DNA from: Dehalococcoidia bacterium
GTDB lineage: Bacteria; Chloroflexota; Dehalococcoidia; Lucifugimonadales; UBA3495
Assembly (NCBI GenBank): GCA_965116565.1
Contig: OZ220699.1
Location: 3,658,858 to 3,722,857 of the forward strand
DNA: 64,000 nt
Direction of reading: 5' to 3'
Below the pieces are notes generated by a model, which was given only the letters and a program-made list of their open reading frames with translations, ran no database searches and was not told where the DNA came from. Of the stretch, positions 54,929-63,855 are shown piece by piece. A program made the position numbers and the translations under genes. Every line of letters begins with the position of its first letter. The stretch's first letter is position 1.

Positions 54929-55780
54929 TCATTCAGGACGTAAATCTCGGTCGACCAGTTTGTGCCAGTGCACCATCCCACGGTCGATGGTGTCCTGGAT
55001 TTCGTTCACGTTCTGGATGCTGGCGATGGCCGGATGGGCCGGATGGCCGGTGAAGCGGGTCAGGAGGCCGGCATTCCGGATGGCGCGACGGGTATCGCGC
55101 TCATCGGCGGTATACGATATCTCCATAGCGATGTACTGTGTCTCACCGTTTGTGTCGGTGGCTTCGATGACCAGATCGGCGCTGCGGAAACTAAGAATAT
55201 CGCCATCGGCAATTCCGGAAGTGTCGGCAGACGTTGTCATGCTGACGAGGTCGCCGTATGACAGCGTGCGCACCATCCGGAAACCCATCACGATGGCCAC
55301 TCCATCTGCCTGCCTGATGGTTTCGTCGCGGGCGTGGAACCCTTTGACGGTACCCAAGTCATCTCGAATCGTGCGGACATCGTTTTTGAGTTGCCCCACA
55401 TCCTCCTTCAGCTGTGCCACATCTTCACGAATCTCTCGGACATCCGATTCCAGGCGATCCGTACGCCCGCTGGCTTCTTCGTTGAACTGGCGCTGATCCT
55501 GATTGAACCGGCGTTGTTCCTCGTTGATCTGGCGCTGATCCTCGCTGAACCGACGTTGTTCTTCGTTGAACTGGCGCTGATCCTCATTGAACCGGCGTTG
55601 TTCTTCGTTGAACTGTTCGGTATCGGCCATGAACTGCTCAGTGGTCGCCGCGAAGCGATCGAAGCGCGCGGGCAAGTTCATCAGTTCCTCGGTGAGGATC
55701 TCGCGCCGAACTTCCGCTTTCCACTCCGGCCGCTCACGCAGCACGCGGAGTATGTCATCGCTGGTATGGATGATTACCAT
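54929..55780 (-). CDS. coiled-coil repeat protein with nuclease-like C-terminal domain
   Basis: Seven 7-aa repeats (EEQRRFN/EDQRQFN). The C-terminal ..ADLVIEATD..YIAMEISYT.. loosely resembles a PD-(D/E)xK core. Confidence 0.5.
   Translation of the reverse strand: MVIIHTSDDILRVLRERPEWKAEVRREILTEELMNLPARFDRFAATTEQFMADTEQFNEEQRRFNEDQRQFNEEQRRFSEDQRQINEEQRRFNQDQRQFNEEASGRTDRLESDVREIREDVAQLKEDVGQLKNDVRTIRDDLGTVKGFHARDETIRQADGVAIVMGFRMVRTLSYGDLVSMTTSADTSGIADGDILSFRSADLVIEATDTNGETQYIAMEISYTADERDTRRAIRNAGLLTRFTGHPAHPAIASIQNVNEIQDTIDRGMVHWHKLVDRDLRPE
55478..55624. repeat. 21-nt tandem repeat x7 (alternating A/B units) inside CDS
   Basis: Units start at 55478, 55499, 55520, 55541, 55562, 55583 and 55604, for example TTCGTTGAACTGGCGCTGATC and CTGATTGAACCGGCGTTGTTC. 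Confidence 0.85.
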
Positions 55781-55821
55781 GTTGTCCCTACCGCACCATT
55801 ATACGCCAACCGCCCGCCGGA

Positions 55822-56634
55822 CTAGCGGTTCAGCAGCCACCATTCGTCGGAGCCGAGGTTGAACTCGATGCGGCGGAAGCCCTCAGCGTATGGGACTCCG
55901 CAGCGTTCGCCCTGGAGCCGTGAGCCCTCGGTCATGCGGTCCAACCGCTGGGAGCGGGTGCGGGCGCTGATCTGGGACTCATGCCGGCTGAGCGCCTCCG
56001 CCTTCATGAGTATGTGCTTCTCGGTTATGGAGATGAAGGTATCGGGTCGCTCGGAGCCCCAGAGCAGGGCCTCGCGCACCTGGTGGGGTTCCAGGCCCTC
56101 GTCGGTAATCTGCTCGGGGAAGTCCAGCCAGCTCCAGGCGTAGGAGAATGCGGCGTCGAGGGCGGCCTGGCCGCTGTGCCGGTGGTCGCGGTGGGTGTGG
56201 GAGGTGACGCGGTAGGGGTCGATGCCGAAGACCACCTCGGGTTTATGCTTGCGGATCTGGCGCACGACCTCCCCGCGGTACTCGTGGGTATCCTCAAGCT
56301 CGCCGTCGCCGTAGCGCAGGAACACCACCTCGGCGACGCCCAGCACGTTGGATGCGTTTTGCTGTTCGACCTCGCGGGTGGCGGCCAGAGACTCGGGGGT
56401 GAAGGACCGGTCGCCGGTGCCCTTGTTGCCGTTGGTGCACATGAGGATGACCACTTTTGTGCCGGACTCGGCGATCCACTTGGCCATGGTCGCGCCGCAA
56501 CCGCCCTCAGCGTCGTCAGGGTGGGGCGTGACCACCAGGGCGCAGCGCGGAGCCTGATCCATCACGCGGGGTTCGGGAGCGTATTCCTGGTTGGGGTAGC
56601 CCCATCCGTCGATACCGTGGGGTCGGCTGGTCAT
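55822..56634 (-). CDS. PIG-L/LmbE-family deacetylase
   Basis: LVVTPHPDDAEGG and ..HRDHRH.. motifs. Confidence 0.8.
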   Translation of the reverse strand: MTSRPHGIDGWGYPNQEYAPEPRVMDQAPRCALVVTPHPDDAEGGCGATMAKWIAESGTKVVILMCTNGNKGTGDRSFTPESLAATREVEQQNASNVLGVAEVVFLRYGDGELEDTHEYRGEVVRQIRKHKPEVVFGIDPYRVTSHTHRDHRHSGQAALDAAFSYAWSWLDFPEQITDEGLEPHQVREALLWGSERPDTFISITEKHILMKAEALSRHESQISARTRSQRLDRMTEGSRLQGERCGVPYAEGFRRIEFNLGSDEWWLLNR

Positions 56635-56665
56635 GTTGGTTCTCCGTCGTACGTTGCAATGGGTA

Positions 56666-56687
56666 GGGGCGAATGATTATTCGCCCC
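56666..56687. repeat. REP hairpin GGGGCGAATGATTATTCGCCCC
   Basis: Identical 22-mer at 58398-58419, with a variant at 3715-3740. Confidence 0.8.
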
Positions 56688-56698
56688 CGTTGGATGCT

Positions 56699-56725
56699 GG
56701 ATTCCCGCTTTCGCGCGGGATGACG
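56699..56725 (+). repeat. REP-like hairpin GGATTCCCGCTTTCGCGCGGGATGACG
   Basis: Family with 63766-63792 and 12967-12994 (inverted). Confidence 0.6.
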
Positions 56726-56762
56726 ATCCTGCCACAAGCTCAGGATGATCGGCGACGTGGAG

Positions 56763-58181
56763 CTATCCGCCCATGTGGAATACGACCATCTTGAGTTCGG
56801 TCATTTCCTCGATGGCGTAGGCGGGACCCTCCTTGCCCATGCCGCTGTCCTTGAGCCCACCGTAGGGCATGACGTCGGCGCGCCACTGGGGCGATGAGTT
56901 AATGTGCAGGTTGCCGGAGTGGACTTCCTGCGCGAACTTCATGGCCCAGTCCACGTTCTGGGTAAAGATGCCGGCGGAGAGGCCGAACCGGGTGTCGTTG
57001 GCCTTGGCGATGGCGTCGTCAATGTCGTCGAAGGCGCTGACGGCGACGGCGGGCCCGAAGAGTTCCTCACGGGAGATGAGCATGTCTGGGCTGGCGTCGG
57101 CGACGACGGTTGCGGTGTGCAGGGTGCCTTCACGTCCGCCGCCGGCGATGACGCGGGCGCCCTGGCCCACGGCCTCGGCGATCCAGCTTTCAACGCGCTC
57201 GGCGTCGGTCTGGCGGATCATGGGGCCCATCTTGACGTCCTCGTCGAAGGGGTTGCCGACGCTGAACTCCTGGGTGGGCTTGACCAAGGCATCGAGCAGG
57301 TCGGCGTAGATGGTGCGGGCGGCGAAGACGCGCTGGGTGGAGATGCAGACCTGGCCGGCGTTGGCAAAACCGCTGGCCACGGTGGCGGCGGCGACCTTCT
57401 CGATGTCGGCGTCGGACATGATGATGAGCGGGCTGTTGGAGCCCAGTTCCATGGTGACCTTCTTGATGCCGGCGTTGCGGCAGATCTGGTCGCCCACTTC
57501 CATGCTGCCGGTGAAGGTGATCTTGCGGACATCGGGCGAGCCGGTGATGGCGTCGCCGATCTCGGCGCCGGAGCCGGTGATGGTCTGGATGGCTTCCTCG
57601 GGCAGGCCGGCTTCAAGCAGGATCTCGGTGAGCTTGAGGGCGGACAACGGGGTGTCGCCGGCGGGCTTGAGGATCACGGCGTTGCCAGCGGCGAGGGCGG
57701 GCCCCACCTTGTGGCAGACGAGGTTCAGCGGGAAGTTGAAGGGCGCGATGGCAGCCACGATGCCCACGGGCACGCGGATGGTGAACCCGAACTGGCTGAC
57801 GACGCCGGGAGCCGCATCCAGCGGCACGGTCTCGCCGTGCAGGCGCTTGGCCTCTTCGGCGGAGAGGGTGATGGTCTGGATGGCGCGCTGCACTTCGCCC
57901 CGGCCCTCGGCGATGACCTTACCCTCCTCGCGGGTGATGGTCTCGGCGAGGTCGTCGGCCCGTTCGTCCATGAGGTCGGCGGCGCGCTTGAGGATGGTGT
58001 AGCGGCGGTGGGCCGGCAGCTTGGCCATCACGGCGGCGCCGCGGACGGCGCTGGCGATGGCGGCCTCAACGTCGGCGGCGGTGCCGCGGGGCACGGTGTC
58101 GAACGCGCTCTGGTCGAAGGGATTGATGACGGGCATCTTGGCATCACGGTCAACCCACTGGCCGCAAATGTACATCTTCAT
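56763..58181 (-). CDS. NAD(P)-dependent aldehyde dehydrogenase
   Basis: 472 aa from ATG 58181, after AAGGAGA. It carries ..VTMELGSNSP.. and ..FANAGQVCIST.. (catalytic Glu and Cys motifs). Confidence 0.88.
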   Translation of the reverse strand: MKMYICGQWVDRDAKMPVINPFDQSAFDTVPRGTAADVEAAIASAVRGAAVMAKLPAHRRYTILKRAADLMDERADDLAETITREEGKVIAEGRGEVQRAIQTITLSAEEAKRLHGETVPLDAAPGVVSQFGFTIRVPVGIVAAIAPFNFPLNLVCHKVGPALAAGNAVILKPAGDTPLSALKLTEILLEAGLPEEAIQTITGSGAEIGDAITGSPDVRKITFTGSMEVGDQICRNAGIKKVTMELGSNSPLIIMSDADIEKVAAATVASGFANAGQVCISTQRVFAARTIYADLLDALVKPTQEFSVGNPFDEDVKMGPMIRQTDAERVESWIAEAVGQGARVIAGGGREGTLHTATVVADASPDMLISREELFGPAVAVSAFDDIDDAIAKANDTRFGLSAGIFTQNVDWAMKFAQEVHSGNLHINSSPQWRADVMPYGGLKDSGMGKEGPAYAIEEMTELKMVVFHMGG

Positions 58182-58397
58182 CGTGGGGGTCTCCTTGAGT
58201 GGATTCCGGAACGGACCGGAGGGTACATGACGGCGAAAAGGCGTCATGCGGCGAAGATTGTACTACGGGAAACGAGTTGCGACCAAATGGGAGACCGGTC
58301 GGCCCGGCTGCGTCGGTGTCAACGGGCATCTCGCATCGATGCGCACGGCGCATCGGATGCGCAGATTCATGCACGGACCGGGTTGTCAATTGAAAGC

Positions 58398-58419
58398 GGG
58401 GCGAATGATTATTCGCCCC
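58398..58419. repeat. REP hairpin GGGGCGAATGATTATTCGCCCC
   Basis: Identical to 56666-56687. Confidence 0.8.
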
Positions 58420-58476
58420 GACGAAAGTATCCCGGCAACGCGGCGTGCGACGATGGGGCAGCGTGGCCGCACGGGG

Positions 58477-59304
58477 TCATTTGGCGAGGATGCAGTAGTG
58501 GTACAAGCCGGCCAGGGGCGCCAAGGCCTCGGCGAATTTTGGTGCGTGGAGAGCGCCGATTTCTTCCATGCCGCCCGACTGGATAAGTTGGAGCGGAGTA
58601 TTGCGCTCGAATGCCGTGGGGTCGTCAAAGCCGGTGGTGAAGGGCGTGAACTGTCTGTAGAAATAGTCGAAAGCGGCGGTAACGCTGCCGACCCCGCTGG
58701 ATCCATGAATCACGCTCGTCGACATGTAGTCGAAGGCGATGGTGAAGGCGGGCAGGTGGGTTGCCAGTTGACCCAGGAATTCGAAGATCAGGTCCTGAGG
58801 CAAGTACATGGTGTTGCCTTCCCAGATGAACAGGGAGGGTGAATCCGGGTCGAAGCCGGCTTCCAGCAATTTCTCGGGCAGGTTGACGTCCAGGTAGTCG
58901 CAGGGGACGGCGGGCCAGAGTTGGAGTCCGTGGCGTTCCAGAGTCTCGCGTTTGTACCGGATGACTGCCGGTTGGTCAACATCGAAGAAGGTCACGTCGT
59001 CGGTTCGGAAGATGGCGGGACGGGTATCGAAGCCGGAGCCCACGGATACGATCTGTTGCGTGCCCTTCGCAATGGATGATTTCACCAGTTCCCGAAAGAA
59101 CAGCAGGCGGCAACGGATCAGGTCATCGAATTCGGGGCAGACTTCGGCAAATCGCTGGGCGGCAGGCCTGATCTCATCGGGGACGAACCACTGGGCGAAG
59201 GGGTCGTCAAACAGGGAGTCAGGCCGATTGCGCTCGGCGTCGCGGAACCAGGCGATGAAGAAGGCGGTCTTGCCCACGTCGTTGATATCGATGGTGGTGG
59301 TCAT
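58477..59304 (-). CDS. class I SAM-dependent methyltransferase (leucine carboxyl/O-methyltransferase-like)
   Basis: ..TAFFIAWFRDAERNRPDSLFDDPFA.. and ..QIVSVGSGFDTR.. fit the LCM/TIGR00027-type family as remembered. Confidence 0.65.
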   Translation of the reverse strand: MTTTIDINDVGKTAFFIAWFRDAERNRPDSLFDDPFAQWFVPDEIRPAAQRFAEVCPEFDDLIRCRLLFFRELVKSSIAKGTQQIVSVGSGFDTRPAIFRTDDVTFFDVDQPAVIRYKRETLERHGLQLWPAVPCDYLDVNLPEKLLEAGFDPDSPSLFIWEGNTMYLPQDLIFEFLGQLATHLPAFTIAFDYMSTSVIHGSSGVGSVTAAFDYFYRQFTPFTTGFDDPTAFERNTPLQLIQSGGMEEIGALHAPKFAEALAPLAGLYHYCILAK

Positions 59305-59663
59305 GGTTATACCTCATTGGGATGTAGATGTATGGGACATGGAGTGGTATGACGCCATCCGGACAGATATCAGCCGGCTTCAAGGTTATGTTTAAATTAT
59401 AGCAATGAACGTCGTTCCGGAGGACATGGGTTGATCCTCCGGCGACGGTTGGGGATGGACTCATCATTGGACAGCCACCCGCATATGCGGACGTTCCGCA
59501 GGATGAGCGGTTGGGGTGATGGCGACGGACCGTTTTTGCGTCCACTCCGCAAGGTGTCGGTTGGTCGATGCGCGGTGGTGTTTGGGTTGGCTTGCTCCCT
59601 GGGGGTTTTGGCGATTGGTTTTTTGGATGATGGTTCGACAGGCTCACCATGAGCGGGGTGGTG

Positions 59664-59964
59664 GGTGTTTCGGTGGGGTTTCTCCTTCGGGTTTCGTCGA
59701 TTGGGTTTCGGGATAATTGGGCGAGAGGCAGGATCTGCGCATCGTTGTCAGCGTACGGCCGGGTTGGGCACGCAACTATTTGACCTACTTTTCCGTGTAC
59801 TCAGTGCGCTTGGTGCACACCTGCGCGCGGGCTCGGACAGTCCCGGGGACACCAGTGGGGCGAATGCCGGTGAGGAGTCAGGTCTTTGAGCGGCGGTTGC
59901 CACCTGGGCCGGTTGCGATTTTTACTGACGGGGTTGGCCGTCGATGCTTGGGTCCTGCCTCTCT
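59664..59964 (+). repeat. 301-bp repeat unit, copy 2
   Basis: 297/301 identical to the reverse complement of 37921-38221. It has a GT-rich 59-nt leader plus a core closed by an 11-bp stem (59723-59733 pairs with 59953-59963). Confidence 0.95.
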
Positions 59965-60271
59965 GAATTGGGGTATGGAGCACGTGCTTGATCTAGACAG
60001 TATTAGAATATACGTTCCGCAAGGGTGTGTCAAGGGGTCGCGGCGTCGGATTTTGCGTGGGGTTACAGGTACACGGATGCGCGGGTTGCAAATGCAGGTC
60101 GGGGATGCCAGACGCGGCAATCTTTCGATTCCATGGTCGGCTCCAGTCCGGAGGCTCACCCCTGGATTCACCGAAAGGCGACCCGGGGACGCGGCCGTCG
60201 ATGGAGCCAGGATCGGGAGATGCAACCAAGGGAGCGGCATCGACCGAGCGAAAGCGGCTCAGGCCGCAGGG

Positions 60272-60300
60272 TTGCAATTGGCGTTTTTGTTTCGTACAAT
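60272..60300 (+). promoter_or_regulatory. sigma70-like promoter TTGCAA-17-TACAAT
   Basis: Exact 17-nt spacer, 29 nt upstream of ATG 60329, which is preceded by AGGAGG. Confidence 0.5.
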
Positions 60301-60328
60301 CGTGCTGTATAGAACAGGAGGTCGACAA

Positions 60329-60571
60329 ATGATCAACGACGACACGATGTACGCGGATTCCCCGGCGCATGGCCTGCCATCCGATGCGGGGCGGATGATC
60401 GCCCGGTGGCGCGCATTGGGATGCCCTTACATTGAACTGGACGCGGGCGTGGTGGTCAGCAACCTGGAGCGTTGGCTGTACAATGATGCACCGCATTCCG
60501 GCGCGTGGCTGGCGCGAGTGCGCGAATATCTCTACATCGACACCTATGGGGTCGGTGCAATGGCGGCGTGA
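60329..60571 (+). CDS. 80-aa hypothetical protein
   Basis: ATG after AGGAGGTCGACAA. This is the protein-like tail (MINDDTMYADSPAHGL..) of the long track ORF 59717..60571, whose upstream part is repeat-derived. Confidence 0.4.
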   Translation: MINDDTMYADSPAHGLPSDAGRMIARWRALGCPYIELDAGVVVSNLERWLYNDAPHSGAWLARVREYLYIDTYGVGAMAA

Positions 60572-60578
60572 ACTGCAT

Positions 60579-61331
60579 ATGATCCTCCGGCTGTACAGCG
60601 ATCTGGCCCACCTGTGGCCCATCATCAGCCCGCCGGAGGAATACATGGTCGAGGCGCAGGAGTGGCTGGAGGTGATCCGCGCGCGGGTGGGGACCGGGCG
60701 AGATTCAGCGCCGGGTCTTCCGACACTGCTGGAACTGGGTTGCGGGGGAGGACACCTGCTGTCGCACCTGACCGAGCATTTCATCACCGAGGCGGTGGAT
60801 GTGTCGCCGCAGATGCTGGAGATTTCGCAACGACTCAATCCGCAGACGCTGCATCACGTGGGCGACATGCGCGACATCCGGCTGGGCCGGGAGTTTGACG
60901 TGGTGGCGATCCACGACGCCATCAATTACATGACCACCGAGGACGATTTGAGGGCTGCAATAGTGACGGCAGAAGTTCACCTGAACCCGGGTGGGCTGGT
61001 ATTGCTGGCGCCGGACTGCATCCGGGAGACGTTCACCGGGCCACGGGTGGTTGAATGGACGCGGGAGGCCGAGGACCGGTCGGTCACGTTCATCGAGTAC
61101 ATGGGCAAGCCACGGCCGGCATCGACCACCATCGAATCGGTTTTCGTGTTCGTGATCGACGAGGACGGAGAAATCAGGGTGGAAGTGGACCGGCACACCG
61201 GCGGGCTGTTTCCGACGGAGACCTGGCTGAACCTGCTGGATGCGGCCGGGCTGGACGCGGAGTACATCCAGACGAACGCCTACGAGGGCGGGTTCGGGGG
61301 GAATTTGTTCGTGGGGAGGAAGGCGACGTAA
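60579..61331 (+). CDS. class I SAM-dependent methyltransferase
   Basis: LLELGCGGGHLL motif I plus VVAIHDAINY. Start placed at ATG 60579. Confidence 0.7.
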   Translation: MILRLYSDLAHLWPIISPPEEYMVEAQEWLEVIRARVGTGRDSAPGLPTLLELGCGGGHLLSHLTEHFITEAVDVSPQMLEISQRLNPQTLHHVGDMRDIRLGREFDVVAIHDAINYMTTEDDLRAAIVTAEVHLNPGGLVLLAPDCIRETFTGPRVVEWTREAEDRSVTFIEYMGKPRPASTTIESVFVFVIDEDGEIRVEVDRHTGGLFPTETWLNLLDAAGLDAEYIQTNAYEGGFGGNLFVGRKAT

Positions 61332-61506
61332 GCCTGATCCAGGAACATAGCAGGAGCTTTCCACCTCGCGCAACGCGGGCCGCGTTGAATTGTTGACTTC
61401 GATTTAGCGCGCTGCTAGTTTCCGCCAACTCAGGATCACAACCCCTAAATTGGACCGCAACCCAATCATAGACTGCCAAGGTGTCTTGGGAAGGATTCGC
61501 ATCATT

Positions 61507-61806
61507 ATGGTACAAGCGCCCACGTGGAGAGTTGAACCAGAGCAGGTTTGGATTTCCTGTCAGGAGGTCAAAGCGGTAGAACCCAACAGAGAACTCCTAG
61601 TCCAATTTATAGCGGACGGAGCTTCTTACGTTGCCCTCGTTCCCGAACGGTTTGTCAATCAGGCTAACAAGTCTTTGCAGGGATTCATCATCGCCGATTG
61701 TGAGGGTGATCTGCTAGTCCAGCTGCCGGTAGAAACCTTTACCAGCGGGTCCAGGATCCTGGTGCGGGACGCAGAACAGAAAGACGTGCTGATGTACGAC
61801 CGCTAG
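61507..61806 (+). CDS. 99-aa hypothetical protein upstream of dcd
   Basis: ORF in a lower-GC patch, ending 10 nt before dcd. No family recognised and the start is uncertain (the track ORF starts at 61450). Confidence 0.35.
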   Translation: MVQAPTWRVEPEQVWISCQEVKAVEPNRELLVQFIADGASYVALVPERFVNQANKSLQGFIIADCEGDLLVQLPVETFTSGSRILVRDAEQKDVLMYDR

Positions 61807-61816
61807 GACTTGGAGA

Positions 61817-62365
61817 ATGATACTCAGCGACCGGGAAATCTGGATGGAAGTCGGAAGCAGCAGGCTAACTTTTTCTCCCGAACTGGAACCCAGCCAAGTC
61901 GGACCCTCTTCCATTGACCTACGCCTCGGGAATGAATTTACCGTTTTCAATCCCTCTCGCCCAGGACTGCATACGACTATCGACCTGGCGAGGCTTGAAA
62001 ATGTCGAAACGGTAGCCGAGAGTCTCGGCAATACTGTGACCCGAAATAATGGAGAACCTTTCCAACTTGACCCCGGGCTATTCGTTCTTGCATACACCCT
62101 GGAGTACATTACGATGCCCAACTATCTCGCGGCCAGGGTCGAGGGCCGAAGTTCGTTAGCTCGTTTGGGAATATCGGTTCATCAGACGGCCCCCACCGTT
62201 CATGCGACCTTTGAGGGTCAACTGCGATTGGAGATATCCCACAATGGGCCTTACCCTTGCCTCATATATCCTGAACAACGGATATGCCAACTGGTGATTG
62301 AGAGATTGGGAAGTCCCTCAACCGTAGATCTAGATAGCCTGTTTCAAAGGCAGAGGCAGGGCTGA
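61817..62365 (+). CDS. dcd: dCTP deaminase (dUTPase-fold Dcd)
   Basis: MILSDREI.., IDLRLGNEF, VEGRSSLARLGISVHQTA and LRLEISH align by eye with E. coli Dcd. Confidence 0.85.
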   Translation: MILSDREIWMEVGSSRLTFSPELEPSQVGPSSIDLRLGNEFTVFNPSRPGLHTTIDLARLENVETVAESLGNTVTRNNGEPFQLDPGLFVLAYTLEYITMPNYLAARVEGRSSLARLGISVHQTAPTVHATFEGQLRLEISHNGPYPCLIYPEQRICQLVIERLGSPSTVDLDSLFQRQRQG

Positions 62366-62386
62366 CAAAGGCGCAAGGGAACCTCT

Positions 62387-63637
62387 TTACTCGTCGTCGA
62401 GGCCGGGGACGGGGAAGCGGTTGCTGAGGTGGCGAACGTCGTCGCGGATTGCGGACATGGCGGCCTCGTCGCCGATGCTGCCGAGGGTGCGGACGATGAG
62501 CTTGGCGACCTGGCGGGTGTCATCCTGCATCATGCCCCGGCTGGTGATGGCGGGGGTGCCCAGACGGAGACCGGACGCGGTGCGCGGAGGCAGCTGGTCG
62601 TAGGGGATGGCGTTCTTGTTGGCGACGATGTCCACGGACTCGAGGGCGCGCTCGGCCTGGCGTCCGGTGATCCCCAGGGGCGTGAGGTCCACCAGCATCA
62701 GGTGGTTGTCGGTGCCGCCGGCGACGAGACGCACGCCGGCCTCGGAGAGTTCCTGGGCCATGACCTGGGCGTTGGCGACCACCTGGTGGGCGTAGCGGGC
62801 GAAATCGGGCTGGAGGGCTTCGCCGAAACAGACGGCCTTGGCGGCTATGACGTGCATGAACGGGCCGCCCTGCATGTAGGGGAACACGGCGAAGTCAACC
62901 TTGCGACCGAGCTCCTCCTCGGTGAGGATCATGCCGCCCCGGGGGCCGCGGAGGGTTTTCTGGGTGGTTGACGTTACGACCTGCGCGTGGGGGAAGGGCG
63001 ACGGGTGCGCGCCGCCGGCGATGAGGCCGGAGATGTGGGCCATGTCCACCATGAGCAACGCCCCCACTGAATCGGCGATGGCGCGGAAGCGGGGGAAGTC
63101 CAGAACGCGGGAATAGCTGCTGCAACCGGCGACGATGAGCTTGGGGTTGTGCTCCTTCGCCAGGCGTTCGACCTGGTCGTAGTCGATGGTCTCGGTTTCC
63201 TGATCGACGCCGTAGGGCACGAACTTGTAGAGGTTGCCGGAGAAGTTGACGCCGGCGCCGTGGGTGAGGTGGCCGCCCATGTCAAGCTGCATGCCGAGCA
63301 CGGTATCGCCGGGTTCGAGGACGGCGAAGTAGGCGGCCATGTTGGCCTGGGCGCCGCTGTGGGCCTGGACGTTGGCGTGATCCGCCCCGAATAGTTCCTT
63401 CGCCCGATCGATGGCGAGGGTTTCGACCACGTCGACGAACTCGCAGCCACCGTAGTATCGCCGACCCGGGTAGCCCTCAGCGTACTTGTTGTTCATCAGC
63501 TGCGCCTGGGCTTCGAGGACGGCCTTGCTGGCGTAGTTCTCGGAGGCGATCAGGACGATGGCATCGCGCTGGCGGCGGTTCTCGTTCTGGATGGCGGCGG
63601 CGACGGCGGGGTCAATACGGTCGAGCATGGCGGTCAT
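62387..63637 (-). CDS. glyA: serine hydroxymethyltransferase
   Basis: [15 protein letters not shown] and [16 protein letters not shown] (PLP-Lys motif with Q for the usual H), 416 aa. Confidence 0.93.
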   Translation of the reverse strand: MTAMLDRIDPAVAAAIQNENRRQRDAIVLIASENYASKAVLEAQAQLMNNKYAEGYPGRRYYGGCEFVDVVETLAIDRAKELFGADHANVQAHSGAQANMAAYFAVLEPGDTVLGMQLDMGGHLTHGAGVNFSGNLYKFVPYGVDQETETIDYDQVERLAKEHNPKLIVAGCSSYSRVLDFPRFRAIADSVGALLMVDMAHISGLIAGGAHPSPFPHAQVVTSTTQKTLRGPRGGMILTEEELGRKVDFAVFPYMQGGPFMHVIAAKAVCFGEALQPDFARYAHQVVANAQVMAQELSEAGVRLVAGGTDNHLMLVDLTPLGITGRQAERALESVDIVANKNAIPYDQLPPRTASGLRLGTPAITSRGMMQDDTRQVAKLIVRTLGSIGDEAAMSAIRDDVRHLSNRFPVPGLDDE

Positions 63638-63765
63638 TTGGGTGGCTCCTGATATGGGTGGTTAACGGTTGTGGCAGCGGCAAGATTTGCAGTTCTACGT
63701 GCCTCTGCGGTTTTCTGCGCGAGGTCAATCCGGCACGTCAACGCTCACAAATACAAAGACTTTCC

Positions 63766-63792
63766 GGATTCCTGCTTTCGCAGGAATGACGG
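63766..63792 (+). repeat. REP-like hairpin GGATTCCTGCTTTCGCAGGAATGACGG
   Basis: Family with 56699-56725 and 12967-12994. Confidence 0.6.
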
Positions 63793-63855
63793 AGTGAGTG
63801 CGGCAATGACGGGTGTGGGTGAGGCAATGACGGATGTGAGTGAGGCAATGACGGG
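63785..63855. repeat. 20/21-bp tandem repeat (AATGACGG-N-GTGAGTGAGGC) x3.4
   Basis: Units at 63785-63804, 63805-63825 and 63826-63846, then a partial 63847-63855. Confidence 0.8.

Noticed and set aside
37921-59964. Reading the inverted repeats as the ends of a composite transposon or genomic island.
   Set aside because: The enclosed 21.4 kb carries rpmB, rpe, argH and other core genes and has no transposase or integrase. No target-site duplication is visible outside the repeats.
59664-59964. The 301-bp unit as RNase P RNA, tmRNA, SRP RNA or a group II intron fragment.
   Set aside because: None of the expected signatures is present: no GGAAAGTCCGGGC-type P4 region, no tRNA-like 3' end with a tag ORF, no GGAAGCAGCC-type SRP domain IV, and no domain V-like hairpin.
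59717-60571. 284-aa ORF (and its twin 37890-38168) beginning MGERQDLRIVVSVRPGW.., which covers the 301-bp repeat.
   Set aside because: The repeat-derived part is R-rich and not protein-like. It starts at a TTG without a Shine-Dalgarno, and both inter-copy codon changes are non-synonymous. Only the last 80 codons, which have their own RBS and promoter, look like a gene.
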